NCBI GenBank assembly: GCA_963678315.1
Contig: OY782781.1
Location: forward strand, 1,760,001-1,824,000
DNA from: Candidatus Cloacimonadales bacterium
GTDB taxonomy: Bacteria; Cloacimonadota; Cloacimonadia; Cloacimonadales; JAFGVF01
Direction of reading: 5' to 3'
Length of the DNA: 64,000 nt
Shown here: positions 1 through 10,401 of the stretch, one piece after another
How positions within the stretch are numbered: position 1 is the first letter of the stretch
Layout: every line of letters starts with the position of its first letter
Program-made: the position numbers and the translations under genes
Notes under the pieces: generated by a model
Told to the model about the DNA's origin: nothing
The model's input: only the letters and a program-made list of their open reading frames with translations
The model's database searches: none

Positions 1-3000
1 CTTTCAGTAATATCAAGATCATTTATCCATTTAGCTGTACCTGCCTCTTCTTCTTCTTCTTCAGTATGAATAATGTCTAGACCTTGAATGTCAACATGAC
101 TTTCATAATTTCCAAGAGAGAAATGTAATCTTAGATCAACATTATATCCTGCATATTCATTAAATTTCACAATTAGTTTTGGTGAGTTTGGACTACTAAA
201 ATCTACATATAATGTGTCAAAGCCTAAGCCCATGTTAGACAATGCTTGTTGGTCATAGCAATCTATTTCATATAGATTAATTAGTGTATCTTCAGGCATA
301 TAGTATTCACCATAGATGGTAAAATAATTTAGCATCAAAGGTGGTTCATCAATACCACTCCAACCCCAAGAAGCCTGATCTACCCATTCAAAGTTGTATT
401 GAGTTTCAATAACTACTTCTTTACCAATCTCTAATTGCGGATAAAGTAGTTCATCTGTATCATTGTCATCATCAATATCGTTGAAATCTTGTAAAGTTTG
501 ATACTCATAATACCAGCTTGTTCCATGCTGATATTCAAAATTAAAGCCTTCAACTATGTAAGATGAATAATAACCATCATAGTAGTAGTCTGTCTCTTCA
601 ACATTTTTTAACATTCCATGCCATTCAATATTATGGTGTTTTGCACCAATTCCCAAGCCTGTTATTCCTGTGCTTGGATCTGGTGTATAATCATGATTAT
701 TGGTGTCTATGAACATAGGATTATCATAGATATTTGAATATCCATAAATGCCAGTTTCACCAGAATTAATCAATGAATAGTTGATTGAAATTTCTTGATT
801 TTCTCCAATGAATGGTGCTTCAGAATATTCTTCACTCCAAAAAATAGACCTATGAGCATATATTTGAGAGTTATCTAGAATTCCGAATGTTTGATAATTA
901 GAAAAAGTAGACTCATATATACTAATAGTACTATTGTTTGTTAAATCAAGTGGAATATAGCCTTCATCAATATCGTAATCATCATAGAATATAGAGCCCC
1001 ACATTTCAGCAATACTATTATTAAGAGCAATTGAAGTGTTACAATAAGCATAAGTACAATAACTTAAATCATCACCATATCCCTCTGAAATGCTAACAGC
1101 TTCCTGTAGTTGATTATAACTATTATATCTTAAGTTACTATAAGCTCCTATTGTATTAATTCCTATACCAGGGTTATTAGGTCCTCTACCGTTTATGACA
1201 GTATTTTCAACCCTAATTTCAACATCAGAGAGATAGATTGCTTGGCTGTGAATAGCAGTATGATATCCATTAATTACACAATTATCTATATATGTGTCTG
1301 ATATATCATATAAGCCAAATCCGATTGAGGATTCTGAGTCTTCTGCAAAATAGCTTAGTCTTAAACCCCAGAAATTAGCTTGATTGACAAATTCAATTCC
1401 ACTTGAATTATAACTTATTCCCTTAGGATAGTTGGAAATAGCACCTGTTTGAACATTCAAAAGTACATTTCCTAAGCCATGAATACCAATTTCATCATAG
1501 TCTGGGAAGTCGTAAGAACGATTTAAATTAATGTTACTTATGTCCGCTGATGTTTGAATTTCTGTATTCTGATTAATGATATTGATAGCTGTTTTTGTAG
1601 AATCTATATCAATATAATCCATGGTTACATTATATAGACCATAGAGAACAATACCACTACTAGAATTTTCATAATTGTTTCTAATTGTAATATTGTTGAA
1701 GGTCGGTTCAGAAACAAGAGTGAAATCGTTTCCTGTTTCAAAATAGATACCATTGGTAAAACCTCTAATCTCCATATCTTCTAATGTTGGAGATGCTGGA
1801 CAGTCAAATCTAATACCAGCATTATCAGTTCTTGAAGAGTTAGAAGAATTTTTAACTCTAACACCTGTCATCAATGGAGCTATCAAATCTTCATTATCAT
1901 CAAGGAATTCATTAAAATAGATACCATAATCATAACCTTCAATATCAATATCATCTATTTCAGGAGAGCACTTGTAATCAACAAAAATACCATATTGACC
2001 ACCACGTGAAGAGTTAGAAGAATTTTTTACTCTAACACCTGTCATTAGTGGGATTAACTCCTGAGTATCATCATAAGTTCCATGATTATTCTTTAACTCA
2101 ATACCTATATCATAATCTTCAATATCAACATTATTAATTTGCGGTGCAGATGCATAACCAACTGCTATACCTCGGGAAGTAGTACGTGAAGAATTAGAAG
2201 AATTCTTAACTCTAACACCTGTCATTAAAGGAATATCTAGGCCTTCATCATCTAAGAAAGAACCATTGTTATCTATATCAATACCAGTTGAGAAACCTTC
2301 AATATTTATGTTTTCTATTTCAACTTTATAAGAACCCAGAGCTTTAATTCCTGTTCTTTCATTTCTAGTTTCTTCTGTGTTTATTAGGTTTGTGTCTCTA
2401 ATTTTAACTTGATTAGATTGTAGTTCAGATTCATTACTTAGAACAATACCTTGTTCTACATTGATTAAGGAATCTGCAGCAATTTCTATATTCCTAACAT
2501 TAGCAACTTTAATACCAATTCTATCAGTACGTGATGAGTTTGAAGAATTTTTAACTCTAACACCAGTCATCAATGTTAAATCTAAACCATCATTATCATC
2601 TAATTCAATACCTATATCGTAGCCTGATATGTCTATACCATTAGTTGAAATTTGAGTATTGCTTACTTTCAGACCTGAACTTGAAGCACCACCATCAGCT
2701 TTACTTAGCTTTACATTATTAAGAGTTACATTAGAACGGTTTCTTGTATTATCTGTAGAAGTTAATTCAATACCGCCAGCAAAATTGTTAAACTCTGAAT
2801 TGTTTATAATTATATCAGAATCTTCTACATAAAGACCTTTACCAGAGTTTAAACTATCTTGACTGCTTAACTTAATATGGTCCAGTGAACTAATATTACG
2901 AGTTCTACTTTCAGATCCAATAATTCTAATACCTTCATTATATCCAGCTATCTCCAATGAATCTATTGTAATAGCACCGTTATTAATAACTTGAATTGCG

Positions 3001-5366
3001 TATCGTTCACCTTCTTCTTGATTAACTCTAGATATCATACAATGAGACAAGTTTAGTTCTGCATGGTCAACAATAATTGCTGTTGAAGCATCTTCGAAAG
3101 AACAATCTTCAAGCATACTTTCTCTTTGGTCATTTGAGAAATACATGCCTTCCCAGCCATTTCCATTAGATCTGAAATTAACATTCTGAGCCTCAACAGT
3201 TCCCTCAATATTTAAACTAGCCCCCTCTGAAAGAATAACTTCAGCTCCTGCTTGAATGACAAGAGTTGAATCTTCGTCAATAGTATGATTTTGTGTAATA
3301 GCAATTGAGCCCTGCCAGTTGTTTGACTCAGGGTTTTCTTTAGGAACAACATTTACTATAATAGAAGATGTTGATTGATACATTTGATTTGCTACAGTTA
3401 AATCAACTTGATATTGACCTTGGAACATAAATGTATAAGCTGGATTCTCTTCGAAAGATATTTCACCTGCAAGGTTCCATTGAGATGAAGTATATACACC
3501 AGTAGAAGCATTTACAAATTGTATCTCTGTACCTGCTTCAACATCTAATGTTATATCTAGGTTACTTACTTCGATAATACTTTGTACTTCTCCAAATGTA
3601 GAAATATAATCTGTCATAACTAAAGTGTTAGTTTCATCATAAGCATTGGTAACTGTTAATGATACACTATAATGTGACGAAGTTTCATAACTATAAGAAG
3701 GATTTTGTTCATAGGAATCTATATTTCCATCATTATCAAAATCCCACTCCCATGATATAGGGTCTCCACCAGATAAGTCAGTAAATTGCACCATCTCTCC
3801 AATTTCTGGACTTTGATTATTAACTGTGAAATTTGCTATGAGTTGATCTATCACAACTACTTGTCGTGTATATATAGATTCTCTGTTATTGTCTGTATCT
3901 CTAACAGTTAAAGTGACGGTATAATCTCCTACCTCACTAAACTGATACATAGGGTTAGTAGCATTAGAATCTATTATCCCATCACTATTAAAATCCCACA
4001 TAAACATAATATTGTCATTAATTGAGAAAACATCTGTTCCACTTAAAGCTTCAAATTGAGTGTTATTAACCAAGTATATTGGTTCTATATCTAATGAAAT
4101 TCTTGCTGAAACCCATGGTAAATATGGCATAGCCCCATCGATTAACCAGATATCATTAAAATTAAATCCATAATTACTATAAGTTATTTGGTCTGTAGAT
4201 TCAAAAATATCCATTTGCTGAACATTTGAATTTCCAGATTGATTGAAGCCCATACCTAATTCATTATTAACATAATCTGGGTCTGTGTTTAAATATAGAA
4301 CATTTTCTATTGTAGAATCTCCTCCATTAAAACCAGCAAACAAACCGACATTAGTGTATCCTGTAACATTTCCTGTAGAATAACAATGCTCTATATTAGC
4401 ATTATTACTGTTTGAAGCAACAAAACCACCACTGTTTATTCCAGAAGCATTGACATTACCAGTTGCATAGCAGTTTTCTATATTTCCACCATTATTCTCA
4501 CCAACAAAGCCACCTATTCTACTATTACCAGTGACGTCTCCTTCTGCATAACTGTTTATTATTGCTCCATCATTTTTACCAATAAGTCCACCAACATAAT
4601 CGTAACCATTGATATTTCCTGAGCTTGAACAGTTTTGAATTGTTGAATTATGAACTGATTCACCTGTAATTCCACCAATGAAATAATACAGACCTGTTAC
4701 ATCTGACATTGAAGAACAGTTTGATATAGATGAATTATACCATAATGCACCGGCAATACCACCTACTTTCTTATAATCACCATTGATTGTAGCATTACTT
4801 GTTGATAAGTATATTTCAGAATTATGTGAAACTAAACCAGTAATTCCACCTAAAAGTTGAGAATGTGCTACTATATTTCCAGTTACAGAACACCCTTCAA
4901 TACAAGCATATTCAGTTATAAGCCCAGCTACAGCACCAACTGCACTTTGTCCATTTATATCAACATTTTCTAACTCAAGATTTCGAATCTTTCCACCTAA
5001 AACATAACCAAACAAACCTATATTGCTATGATTTGGTCTGTTTATAAATAGATTTGTAATCTTGTAACCGTTACCATTGTAGTTACCAGAGAATTTATTC
5101 GAATCATAGTTGTTGTAATTATCACCAATTGGTTTAAATCCCATTCCATTATTTAAAGCCAATGATGCAGATGCATCAATATCATTAACTTGGATAAAAT
5201 AGCTATTCCAACAGGCTTGATTGTTACTAATCCAAACTAAATTGTCTAAGCTTTCTACCTGATAAGGTGCTTCAGATGTACCTTCACCACTTTGTGGCAT
5301 TACACCTTGAGCAAAAAAAGTTAATGTAAAACATATGACAAATAACATTAACAAATTTCTTTTCAT
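1..5366 (-). CDS. Giant secreted/surface protein (over 1788 aa, runs off the window start): signal peptide, GLUG-type repeats, PKD domains, right-handed beta-helix-like region
   Basis: Absent from ORF track because no stop falls in the window. ATG at 5366 with AAGGAG RBS; translates MKRNLLMLFVICFTLTFFAQGVMPQSGEGTSEAPYQVESLDNL..., FSGNYNGNGYKITNLFINRP...IGLFGYV, PKD-like SWEWDFDNDGNIDSYEQNPSYSY; same frame still open at positions 3-60. Frame spot-checked, not every codon. Confidence 0.85.
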   Translation of the reverse strand, partial: MKRNLLMLFVICFTLTFFAQGVMPQSGEGTSEAPYQVESLDNLVWISNNQACWNSYFIQVNDIDASASLALNNGMGFKPIGDNYNNYDSNKFSGNYNGNGYKITNLFINRPNHSNIGLFGYVLGGKIRNLELENVDINGQSAVGAVAGLITEYACIEGCSVTGNIVAHSQLLGGITGLVSHNSEIYLSTSNATINGDYKKVGGIAGALWYNSSISNCSSMSDVTGLYYFIGGITGESVHNSTIQNCSSSGNINGYDYVGGLIGKNDGAIINSYAEGDVTGNSRIGGFVGENNGGNIENCYATGNVNASGINSGGFVASNSNNANIEHCYSTGNVTGYTNVGLFAGFNGGDSTIENVLYLNTDPDYVNNELGMGFNQSGNSNVQQMDIFESTDQITYSNYGFNFNDIWLIDGAMPYLPWVSARISLDIEPIYLVNNTQFEALSGTDVFSINDNIMFMWDFNSDGIIDSNATNPMYQFSEVGDYTVTLTVRDTDNNRESIYTRQVVVIDQLIANFTVNNQSPEIGEMVQFTDLSGGDPISWEWDFDNDGNIDSYEQNPSYSYETSSHYSVSLTVTNAYDETNTLVMTDYISTFGEVQSIIEVSNLDITLDVEAGTEIQFVNASTGVYTSSQWNLAGEISFEENPAYTFMFQGQYQVDLTVANQMYQSTSSIIVNVVPKENPESNNWQGSIAITQNHTIDEDSTLVIQAGAEVILSEGASLNIEGTVEAQNVNFRSNGNGWEGMYFSNDQRESMLEDCSFEDASTAIIVDHAELNLSHCMISRVNQEEGERYAIQVINNGAITIDSLEIAGYNEGIRIIGSESRTRNISSLDHIKLSSQDSLNSGKGLYVEDSDIIINNSEFNNFAGGIELTSTDNTRNRSNVTLNNVKLSKADGGASSSGLKVSNTQISTNGIDISGYDIGIELDDNDGLDLTLMTGVRVKNSSNSSRTDRIGIKVANVRNIEIAADSLINVEQGIVLSNESELQSNQVKIRDTNLINTEETRNERTGIKALGSYKVEIENINIEGFSTGIDIDNNGSFLDDEGLDIPLMTGVRVKNSSNSSRTTSRGIAVGYASAPQINNVDIEDYDIGIELKNNHGTYDDTQELIPLMTGVRVKNSSNSSRGGQYGIFVDYKCSPEIDDIDIEGYDYGIYFNEFLDDNEDLIAPLMTGVRVKNSSNSSRTDNAGIRFDCPASPTLEDMEIRGFTNGIYFETGNDFTLVSEPTFNNITIRNNYENSSSGIVLYGLYNVTMDYIDIDSTKTAINIINQNTEIQTSADISNINLNRSYDFPDYDEIGIHGLGNVLLNVQTGAISNYPKGISYNSSGIEFVNQANFWGLRLSYFAEDSESSIGFGLYDISDTYIDNCVINGYHTAIHSQAIYLSDVEIRVENTVINGRGPNNPGIGINTIGAYSNLRYNSYNQLQEAVSISEGYGDDLSYCTYAYCNTSIALNNSIAEMWGSIFYDDYDIDEGYIPLDLTNNSTISIYESTFSNYQTFGILDNSQIYAHRSIFWSEEYSEAPFIGENQEISINYSLINSGETGIYGYSNIYDNPMFIDTNNHDYTPDPSTGITGLGIGAKHHNIEWHGMLKNVEETDYYYDGYYSSYIVEGFNFEYQHGTSWYYEYQTLQDFNDIDDDNDTDELLYPQLEIGKEVVIETQYNFEWVDQASWGWSGIDEPPLMLNYFTIYGEYYMPEDTLINLYEIDCYDQQALSNMGLGFDTLYVDFSSPNSPKLIVKFNEYAGYNVDLRLHFSLGNYESHVDIQGLDIIHTEEEEEEAGTAKWINDLDITE
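1830..2570 (-). repeat. Four in-frame 42-nt copies encoding MTGVRVKNSSNSSR within the giant protein
   Basis: Copies at 1830-1871, 2004-2045, 2184-2225 and 2529-2570, all in the frame of the 5366 ATG, differing only at synonymous sites. Confidence 0.9.
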
Positions 5367-5656
5367 AATTATACTCCTTGATTATAATTCATTATTAACG
5401 ATCAAAACACAATACTAATTATCTACTAAATAATAAAATAGGCAATCTTTTTTTTAATAAATATTTCTTAACTAAGGTCCTTTCTTTACACATTAAGTTT
5501 TTAAGAATTACTGCGAAATCTGATAAAAGGAGCTTATGTACTAATAATAGTCATCATTAACAATTTAGCATTTATGATTTATCTGATATAAAATGAGTTT
5601 TCTTTCAGCAAAGATATGACTTTTTGACTGTAATTTATATTAGTGGTAAGGTCGTG

Positions 5657-6300
5657 CTTACTGGCCTCTTTGAAAAAAAGCCGATTTTTCAATGAGGCAA
5701 GTAAGGGAGGAGTTAGGAGTGAGTTTAGGAGTGTAAGCATCCACCGAAGGTTGAAGGAACTTCATGCTTACGCAAACTATAGAGACGAACGAATGTTCGT
5801 CTAAATCAAAAATGAAGGAAGAGAGTTGAGATGAGATCCATTTTATCACCCATGGTTAAACCATGGGCTCTTTATTGATTTACCCTTACAGGGTATAAAT
5901 ACCTTTATGTCCCTTGGGGACATCTCACCACAAAGCCCATGATTTCAATCGTGGGTGATGTTAGAAGTTAGGACATACTGGTACCGCCTGCCTCTTTTAG
6001 GGGTGGTTTCAATCGTCTTAGCCGATTACGGTCCCTTCTGAATGCGCATCTTTAAACATGCTTGCATGGTTAAAGAGAAAAAACTTATCTTTTGGAGTGC
6101 ATTCATCCCTGAATGCGCATCTTTAAACATGCTTGCATGGTTAAAGAGAAGATACTTTAACATCATTCTTGATGAATGATGTTTCGCAAGCAAGGACTGT
6201 GACAGGCGAAGACTGTTGCTGGCAAGCCAAAGTGAATTTGTAGAGACGTTCTGCAAAAGGTCTCAAACGTAATCTACAGTCTTTACTGTCACAGTACTAT
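5657..6300. repeat. Intergenic cluster of REP-like palindromes
   Basis: Hairpin cttactggcctctttgaaaaa...tttttcaatgaggcaagtaag (5657-5705) followed by GGAGTTA/GGAGTGA units; ccatggttaaaccatgg; cccatgatttcaatcgtggg; GTAGAGACGTT...GTCTCAAA (6240-6267); related copies near 23.6-24.1, 26.2-26.4 and 62.5-62.6 kb. Confidence 0.75.
6038..6150. repeat. 42-bp perfect direct repeat x2 with internal hairpin
   Basis: ctgaatgcgcatctttaaacatgcttgcatggttaaagagaa at 6038-6079 and 6109-6150, separated by 29 nt. Confidence 0.85.
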
Positions 6301-6375
6301 TTTTGTAAAAGCTAATGCATCATCTGGGATAATAGGCATAAAAAACAGAAAAATGGGATAAAATGCAATTATGAT

Positions 6376-6403
6376 TTGACAATAATAACAATTAGCTTAA
6401 ATT
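6376..6403 (+). promoter_or_regulatory. Putative sigma70 promoter of nqr-like operon
   Basis: TTGACA at 6376-6381, TAAATT 16 nt later. Confidence 0.4.
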
Positions 6404-6453
6404 TTTATAGTAATATTGATTAATATATTAAATAAAATAAAAGAAAGGGGATT

Positions 6454-7374
6454 ATGAAGAACATTTTACTCAAACAAGCGATGATGAATAAAGTATTGTA
6501 TGCTTTAATACCATCGATAATATTTTCAGTTTTCTTGTTTGGTTGGAGATCTTTAGTAGTGATATTATTCACAAACACGATAGCTTTTCTAACTGAATAC
6601 ATGTTTATACGTAAGAAGAAAATGGGAAAAGTTTCCATGGCAGTATTTGTTACAGGAACACTTTTAGCTATGTCTTTGCCTCCAACTATTCCATTATGGA
6701 TAGCGGGAGTTGGTGCTGTTATTGCAGTAGCCTTTGGTAAGATGGTGTTTGGTGGATTTGGTATGAATATCTTTAATCCAGCAATTGTGGGTAGAACATT
6801 TATCTATGTTTCATTCCCACAGCAAATGACAATTAACTGGTTAAAACCTTTTACAAGTTTTCCTGGTGGTTTTTTACATTATCAGAATGGGATTGATATG
6901 CAAACATCAGCAACAATTCTATCTTCTTCTAAGCTAGGTCAAACAAGTGGGTACAGTTTTGTAGATGCGCTTATAGGTCTTATTCCAGGATCTATTGGTG
7001 AGACTTCAGCCATATTAATTATTCTTGGTGGTTTATATTTAATCTTAACTAAAACAGCCAAGTGGCAAGCAATGCTAGCTACATTAGCTTCTTTATATCT
7101 ATTTAATGGATTCTTCTATGGATTTAGCGAGGCTCTTTATTATCTAGTGAGTGGTGGAGCTTTATTTGGGATAGTTTACATGGTAACCGATCCTGTTTCA
7201 CAAGCAAAAACCAAAAATGGATTATGGATTTATGGAATAATGATTGGATTCCTGACAGTATTTATAAGAAAATACTCCTTGTTTAGTGAAGGCTTCATGT
7301 TTGCTATTCTGCTAGCAAATACATTTATGCCTATCATTGAATATTATCTTAAACCTAAGAAGAAAGGAGCATAA
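6454..7374 (+). CDS. nqrB: NqrB/RnfD family membrane subunit
   Basis: FGKMVFGGFGMNIFNPAIVGR, GSIGETS, MVTDPVS; QTSAT candidate FMN-attachment Thr; RnfD-like length. Confidence 0.8.
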   Translation: MKNILLKQAMMNKVLYALIPSIIFSVFLFGWRSLVVILFTNTIAFLTEYMFIRKKKMGKVSMAVFVTGTLLAMSLPPTIPLWIAGVGAVIAVAFGKMVFGGFGMNIFNPAIVGRTFIYVSFPQQMTINWLKPFTSFPGGFLHYQNGIDMQTSATILSSSKLGQTSGYSFVDALIGLIPGSIGETSAILIILGGLYLILTKTAKWQAMLATLASLYLFNGFFYGFSEALYYLVSGGALFGIVYMVTDPVSQAKTKNGLWIYGIMIGFLTVFIRKYSLFSEGFMFAILLANTFMPIIEYYLKPKKKGA

Positions 7375-7376
7375 AA

Positions 7377-8078
7377 ATGGCTAAAGAGAAAAAGTTGTTT
7401 AGAGAAACAGCGATTTATCCTATCTTCTTTATGGTTATTATCACAATAATATTTGTTGGGGTTCTTTCTGTTTTATATAACAGTCAAAAGCCAAAAATAG
7501 AAGAAAATCAAAGAGTTCTATATTATAAGAATATTCTTGATGTTTTTAAAGATAAAATAACTAGCATAAAAGTATCTGATCTGCAGGATAATGAAATTGA
7601 AGATGTAAGAAAAGATTTCTTAGAAAGTGGAGAAATAGAGACAGATCTTGGGAATAAAAGGTATTTTATTGTAAAAGAAAATAATGAAGTTATCGGCTAC
7701 TGTTTTGATATAACAGGAAGCGGATTGTGGGGAACAATGAAGGCTGTAGTCGGCTTTGCTCCAGATATGCAGACATTGATTGACTTCAATGTTTATGAAC
7801 AAGTTGAAACCCCTGGTCTTGGTGGTAAAATATCTGAACCAGCAGAGAAACTTAATTTGAGAGCTGACTTTATTGATAGTAAATTCTTCAAGGAAGATGG
7901 ATCAATAACTGAATATAAACTCATTGCTGATTCTTCTAATAGAGGAAGTGATAATGAGATAAGACAAATAACAGGAGCTACAATCACTAGTTCTTCATTC
8001 CTTAAAATGCTATCCAAAGAAATGAATATGATAAGGCCAGTTTTTATGGAAAAAGTACTTAATGGAGGGAGCAAGTAA
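7377..8078 (+). CDS. nqrC: NqrC/RnfG family FMN-binding subunit
   Basis: N-terminal TM, GSGLWGTM, ETPGLGGKI, ITGATITS flavinylation motif. Confidence 0.85.
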   Translation: MAKEKKLFRETAIYPIFFMVIITIIFVGVLSVLYNSQKPKIEENQRVLYYKNILDVFKDKITSIKVSDLQDNEIEDVRKDFLESGEIETDLGNKRYFIVKENNEVIGYCFDITGSGLWGTMKAVVGFAPDMQTLIDFNVYEQVETPGLGGKISEPAEKLNLRADFIDSKFFKEDGSITEYKLIADSSNRGSDNEIRQITGATITSSSFLKMLSKEMNMIRPVFMEKVLNGGSK

Positions 8079-8674
8079 TGACTAAAAAACAGATATTTAT
8101 GAATAGTGCATTTACAGAAAACTCCATTTGGAAGCAAGTTTTAGGTATTTGTTCATCTCTTGCTGTAACTAATCTATTGATGAATAGTTTAGTTATGGGT
8201 TTAGGTGTTATTTTTGCCATTGGATTAGCTAATTTCACTATTTCTCTAATTAGAGAATATACTCCAAAATCTGTACGAATGATGGTGCAAATTCTGATAA
8301 TAGCCGCTTTTGTGATTGTGGTAGATATAGTGCTAAAAGCTTACCTTCCTGCTGTAAGTAAAAGCTTAGGTCCTTATGTTGGCTTAATTATAACTAACTG
8401 TATATTAATGGGTAGGGCAGAAGCATTTGCTTCGAAGAATAAACCATTAGATTCAATGATAGATGGAATAGGTGCAGGTTTTGGTTACACTATAGTGTTG
8501 TTAATGATTGCTTTTGTAAGAGAATTATTTGGCTTTGGAACATTGTTTGGAATCCAAATCCTTGGAGATTGGTGGGTTAAATGGTCTATAATGGTCATGG
8601 CTCCTTCAGCTTTCTTCTTACTAGCAATCCTCATTTGGATAATTAATAATAAACTAAACGCAGAGAAAAAGTAG
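8078..8674 (+). CDS. nqrD: NqrD/RnfE family subunit
   Basis: QVLGICSSLAVT, VGLIITNCILMGRAEAFA. Confidence 0.85.
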   Translation: MTKKQIFMNSAFTENSIWKQVLGICSSLAVTNLLMNSLVMGLGVIFAIGLANFTISLIREYTPKSVRMMVQILIIAAFVIVVDIVLKAYLPAVSKSLGPYVGLIITNCILMGRAEAFASKNKPLDSMIDGIGAGFGYTIVLLMIAFVRELFGFGTLFGIQILGDWWVKWSIMVMAPSAFFLLAILIWIINNKLNAEKK

Positions 8675-8685
8675 AGGAGTAAATA

Positions 8686-9273
8686 ATGGAAATTAATTCA
8701 TGGGTTCTTTTTTGGGCTTCAATTTTTACTAGCAATATATTGTTGACCAATTTTCTAGGTATGTGCTCCTATCTTTCAGTTTCAAAGGAAGTAGAATCTT
8801 CATTTGGATTAGGAACTGCTGTTTTCTTTGTAACAACTGCTACAACTGCAATTAACTGGGCAGTTTATCATTTTATAATTGTACCTGCTGATATTGTTTA
8901 TCTGCAATATATTATTTTCATTATTGTTATAGCTGCTTTTGTACAGCTCACAGAAATAATAATTGAGAGATTCTCTCCTGCTCTATATTACTCATTGGGT
9001 ATTTTCTTACCTTTGATTACTGTAAACTGTGCTATTCTGGGTATTAGTTTATTTATGATAATCAGAGACTATAGTTTTATCCAATCTGTAGCTTTTGGTG
9101 CTGGTTCAGGCTTAGGTTGGCTATTGGCTATCCTACTTCTTGCTGGTATTAGAACAAGATTAAGAGAGAAGTTCATCCCTACAGGTCTACAAGGTGCCGG
9201 CATGAGTCTTTTGATTACTGGTATAATGGCTTTAGCATTTATCGGTTTTTCCGGTATTGTTAATGTTCAGTAA
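8686..9273 (+). CDS. nqrE: NqrE/RnfA family subunit
   Basis: FLGMCSYLSVSK, GIFLPLITVNCAILG, GSGLGWLLA. Confidence 0.85.
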   Translation: MEINSWVLFWASIFTSNILLTNFLGMCSYLSVSKEVESSFGLGTAVFFVTTATTAINWAVYHFIIVPADIVYLQYIIFIIVIAAFVQLTEIIIERFSPALYYSLGIFLPLITVNCAILGISLFMIIRDYSFIQSVAFGAGSGLGWLLAILLLAGIRTRLREKFIPTGLQGAGMSLLITGIMALAFIGFSGIVNVQ

Positions 9274-9285
9274 TTAGGAGGATAA

Positions 9286-10392
9286 GTGGATTATAACAAA
9301 ATTCTTATTGAGATATTGATTTTAGCTGGAATAAGTGGAGTTTTATCCATACTAATTGTTGTTGCTAAAAAGATATTCGAAAACTATGGTGAATGTGAGA
9401 TAGATATTAATGGTAAGCGCAAAGTCAAAGTAGAGGGAGGAAGTTCATTACTTACTTCTTTAGCTGAACACGAAATATATATTCCTTCTGCTTGTGGTGG
9501 TCGTGGTTCTTGTGGAGCATGTAAATGTAAAGTTCATGAAGGTGGTGGACCAGTATTACCTACAGAAAAACCATTCTTTAATGCTAAGGAACTAGCAGAG
9601 AACTACAGGCTTTCTTGCCAAGTAAAGGTTAAAAATGATATTAAAATTGAAATTCCTGAAGAAATATTTAATATTAGAAAGTATAAAGCCACAATAGAAG
9701 AAATTGTAGATTATACCTACGATATTAAAGGAATTACTTTCAAATTTGAAGCTGGTGCAAGTATTGACTTCAAGGCGGGGCAATATATGCAACTTAGAGC
9801 TCCAAAATATGGCAAGATAAGAGAATCAGTTGTTAGAGCTTATTCAATATCATCAAAGCCTAGTTTAAACGATAGAGTGCAATTAATAATTAGAAGAGTA
9901 CCAGAAGGTATCTGTACAACTTGGGTTCATGATTATGTAAAAGAAGGGGATCAAGTTGAATTAACAGGACCTTATGGAGATTTCTTTATAAGAGACACCG
10001 ATGCTGACATTATCTTTGTTGCAGGTGGTTCTGGTAAAGCTCCGATTAAATCAATGTTGGAAGACCTTCAAGAAAAAGGATGTAATAGAAAAATGTCTTA
10101 TTTCTTTGGAGCAAAGACTACTAAAGATTTATATTTAACTGATTATATGAATAGTTTCAGTGAGGTATTCCCTGACTTTTCTTACATTCCTGTATTATCT
10201 GATCCTGAACCAGACGATAATTGGACTGGTAAAACTGGCTGGATAATGCCACACTTCAAAGATGTGTTAAGAGACCCAAAAAATACTGAAGCTTACTTAT
10301 GTGGCTCACCAGGTATGCTGGCTGCTGTTACAAAGAGCTTAGTTGAAATGGGGATTCCAGAAGAAAAAATCTATTATGACTCATTTGCTTAG
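9286..10392 (+). CDS. nqrF: NqrF-like NADH oxidoreductase subunit (2Fe-2S, FAD, NAD domains)
   Basis: GTG start; N-terminal TM; SACGGRGSCGAC...RLSCQ 2Fe-2S; RAYS FAD motif; AGGSGKAP; YLCGSPGM. Confidence 0.85.
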   Translation: MDYNKILIEILILAGISGVLSILIVVAKKIFENYGECEIDINGKRKVKVEGGSSLLTSLAEHEIYIPSACGGRGSCGACKCKVHEGGGPVLPTEKPFFNAKELAENYRLSCQVKVKNDIKIEIPEEIFNIRKYKATIEEIVDYTYDIKGITFKFEAGASIDFKAGQYMQLRAPKYGKIRESVVRAYSISSKPSLNDRVQLIIRRVPEGICTTWVHDYVKEGDQVELTGPYGDFFIRDTDADIIFVAGGSGKAPIKSMLEDLQEKGCNRKMSYFFGAKTTKDLYLTDYMNSFSEVFPDFSYIPVLSDPEPDDNWTGKTGWIMPHFKDVLRDPKNTEAYLCGSPGMLAAVTKSLVEMGIPEEKIYYDSFA

Positions 10393-10401
10393 GAGGAAAA
10401 G

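Noticed and set aside
6038..6150. Mini CRISPR array
   Set aside because: Only two repeats with one spacer, no cas genes, and it lies within a REP-like palindrome cluster
5658..6638. Short ORFs 5658-5849, 6026-6256 and 6420-6638
   Set aside because: They run through palindromic repeats or antisense to nqrB and lack recognisable motifs
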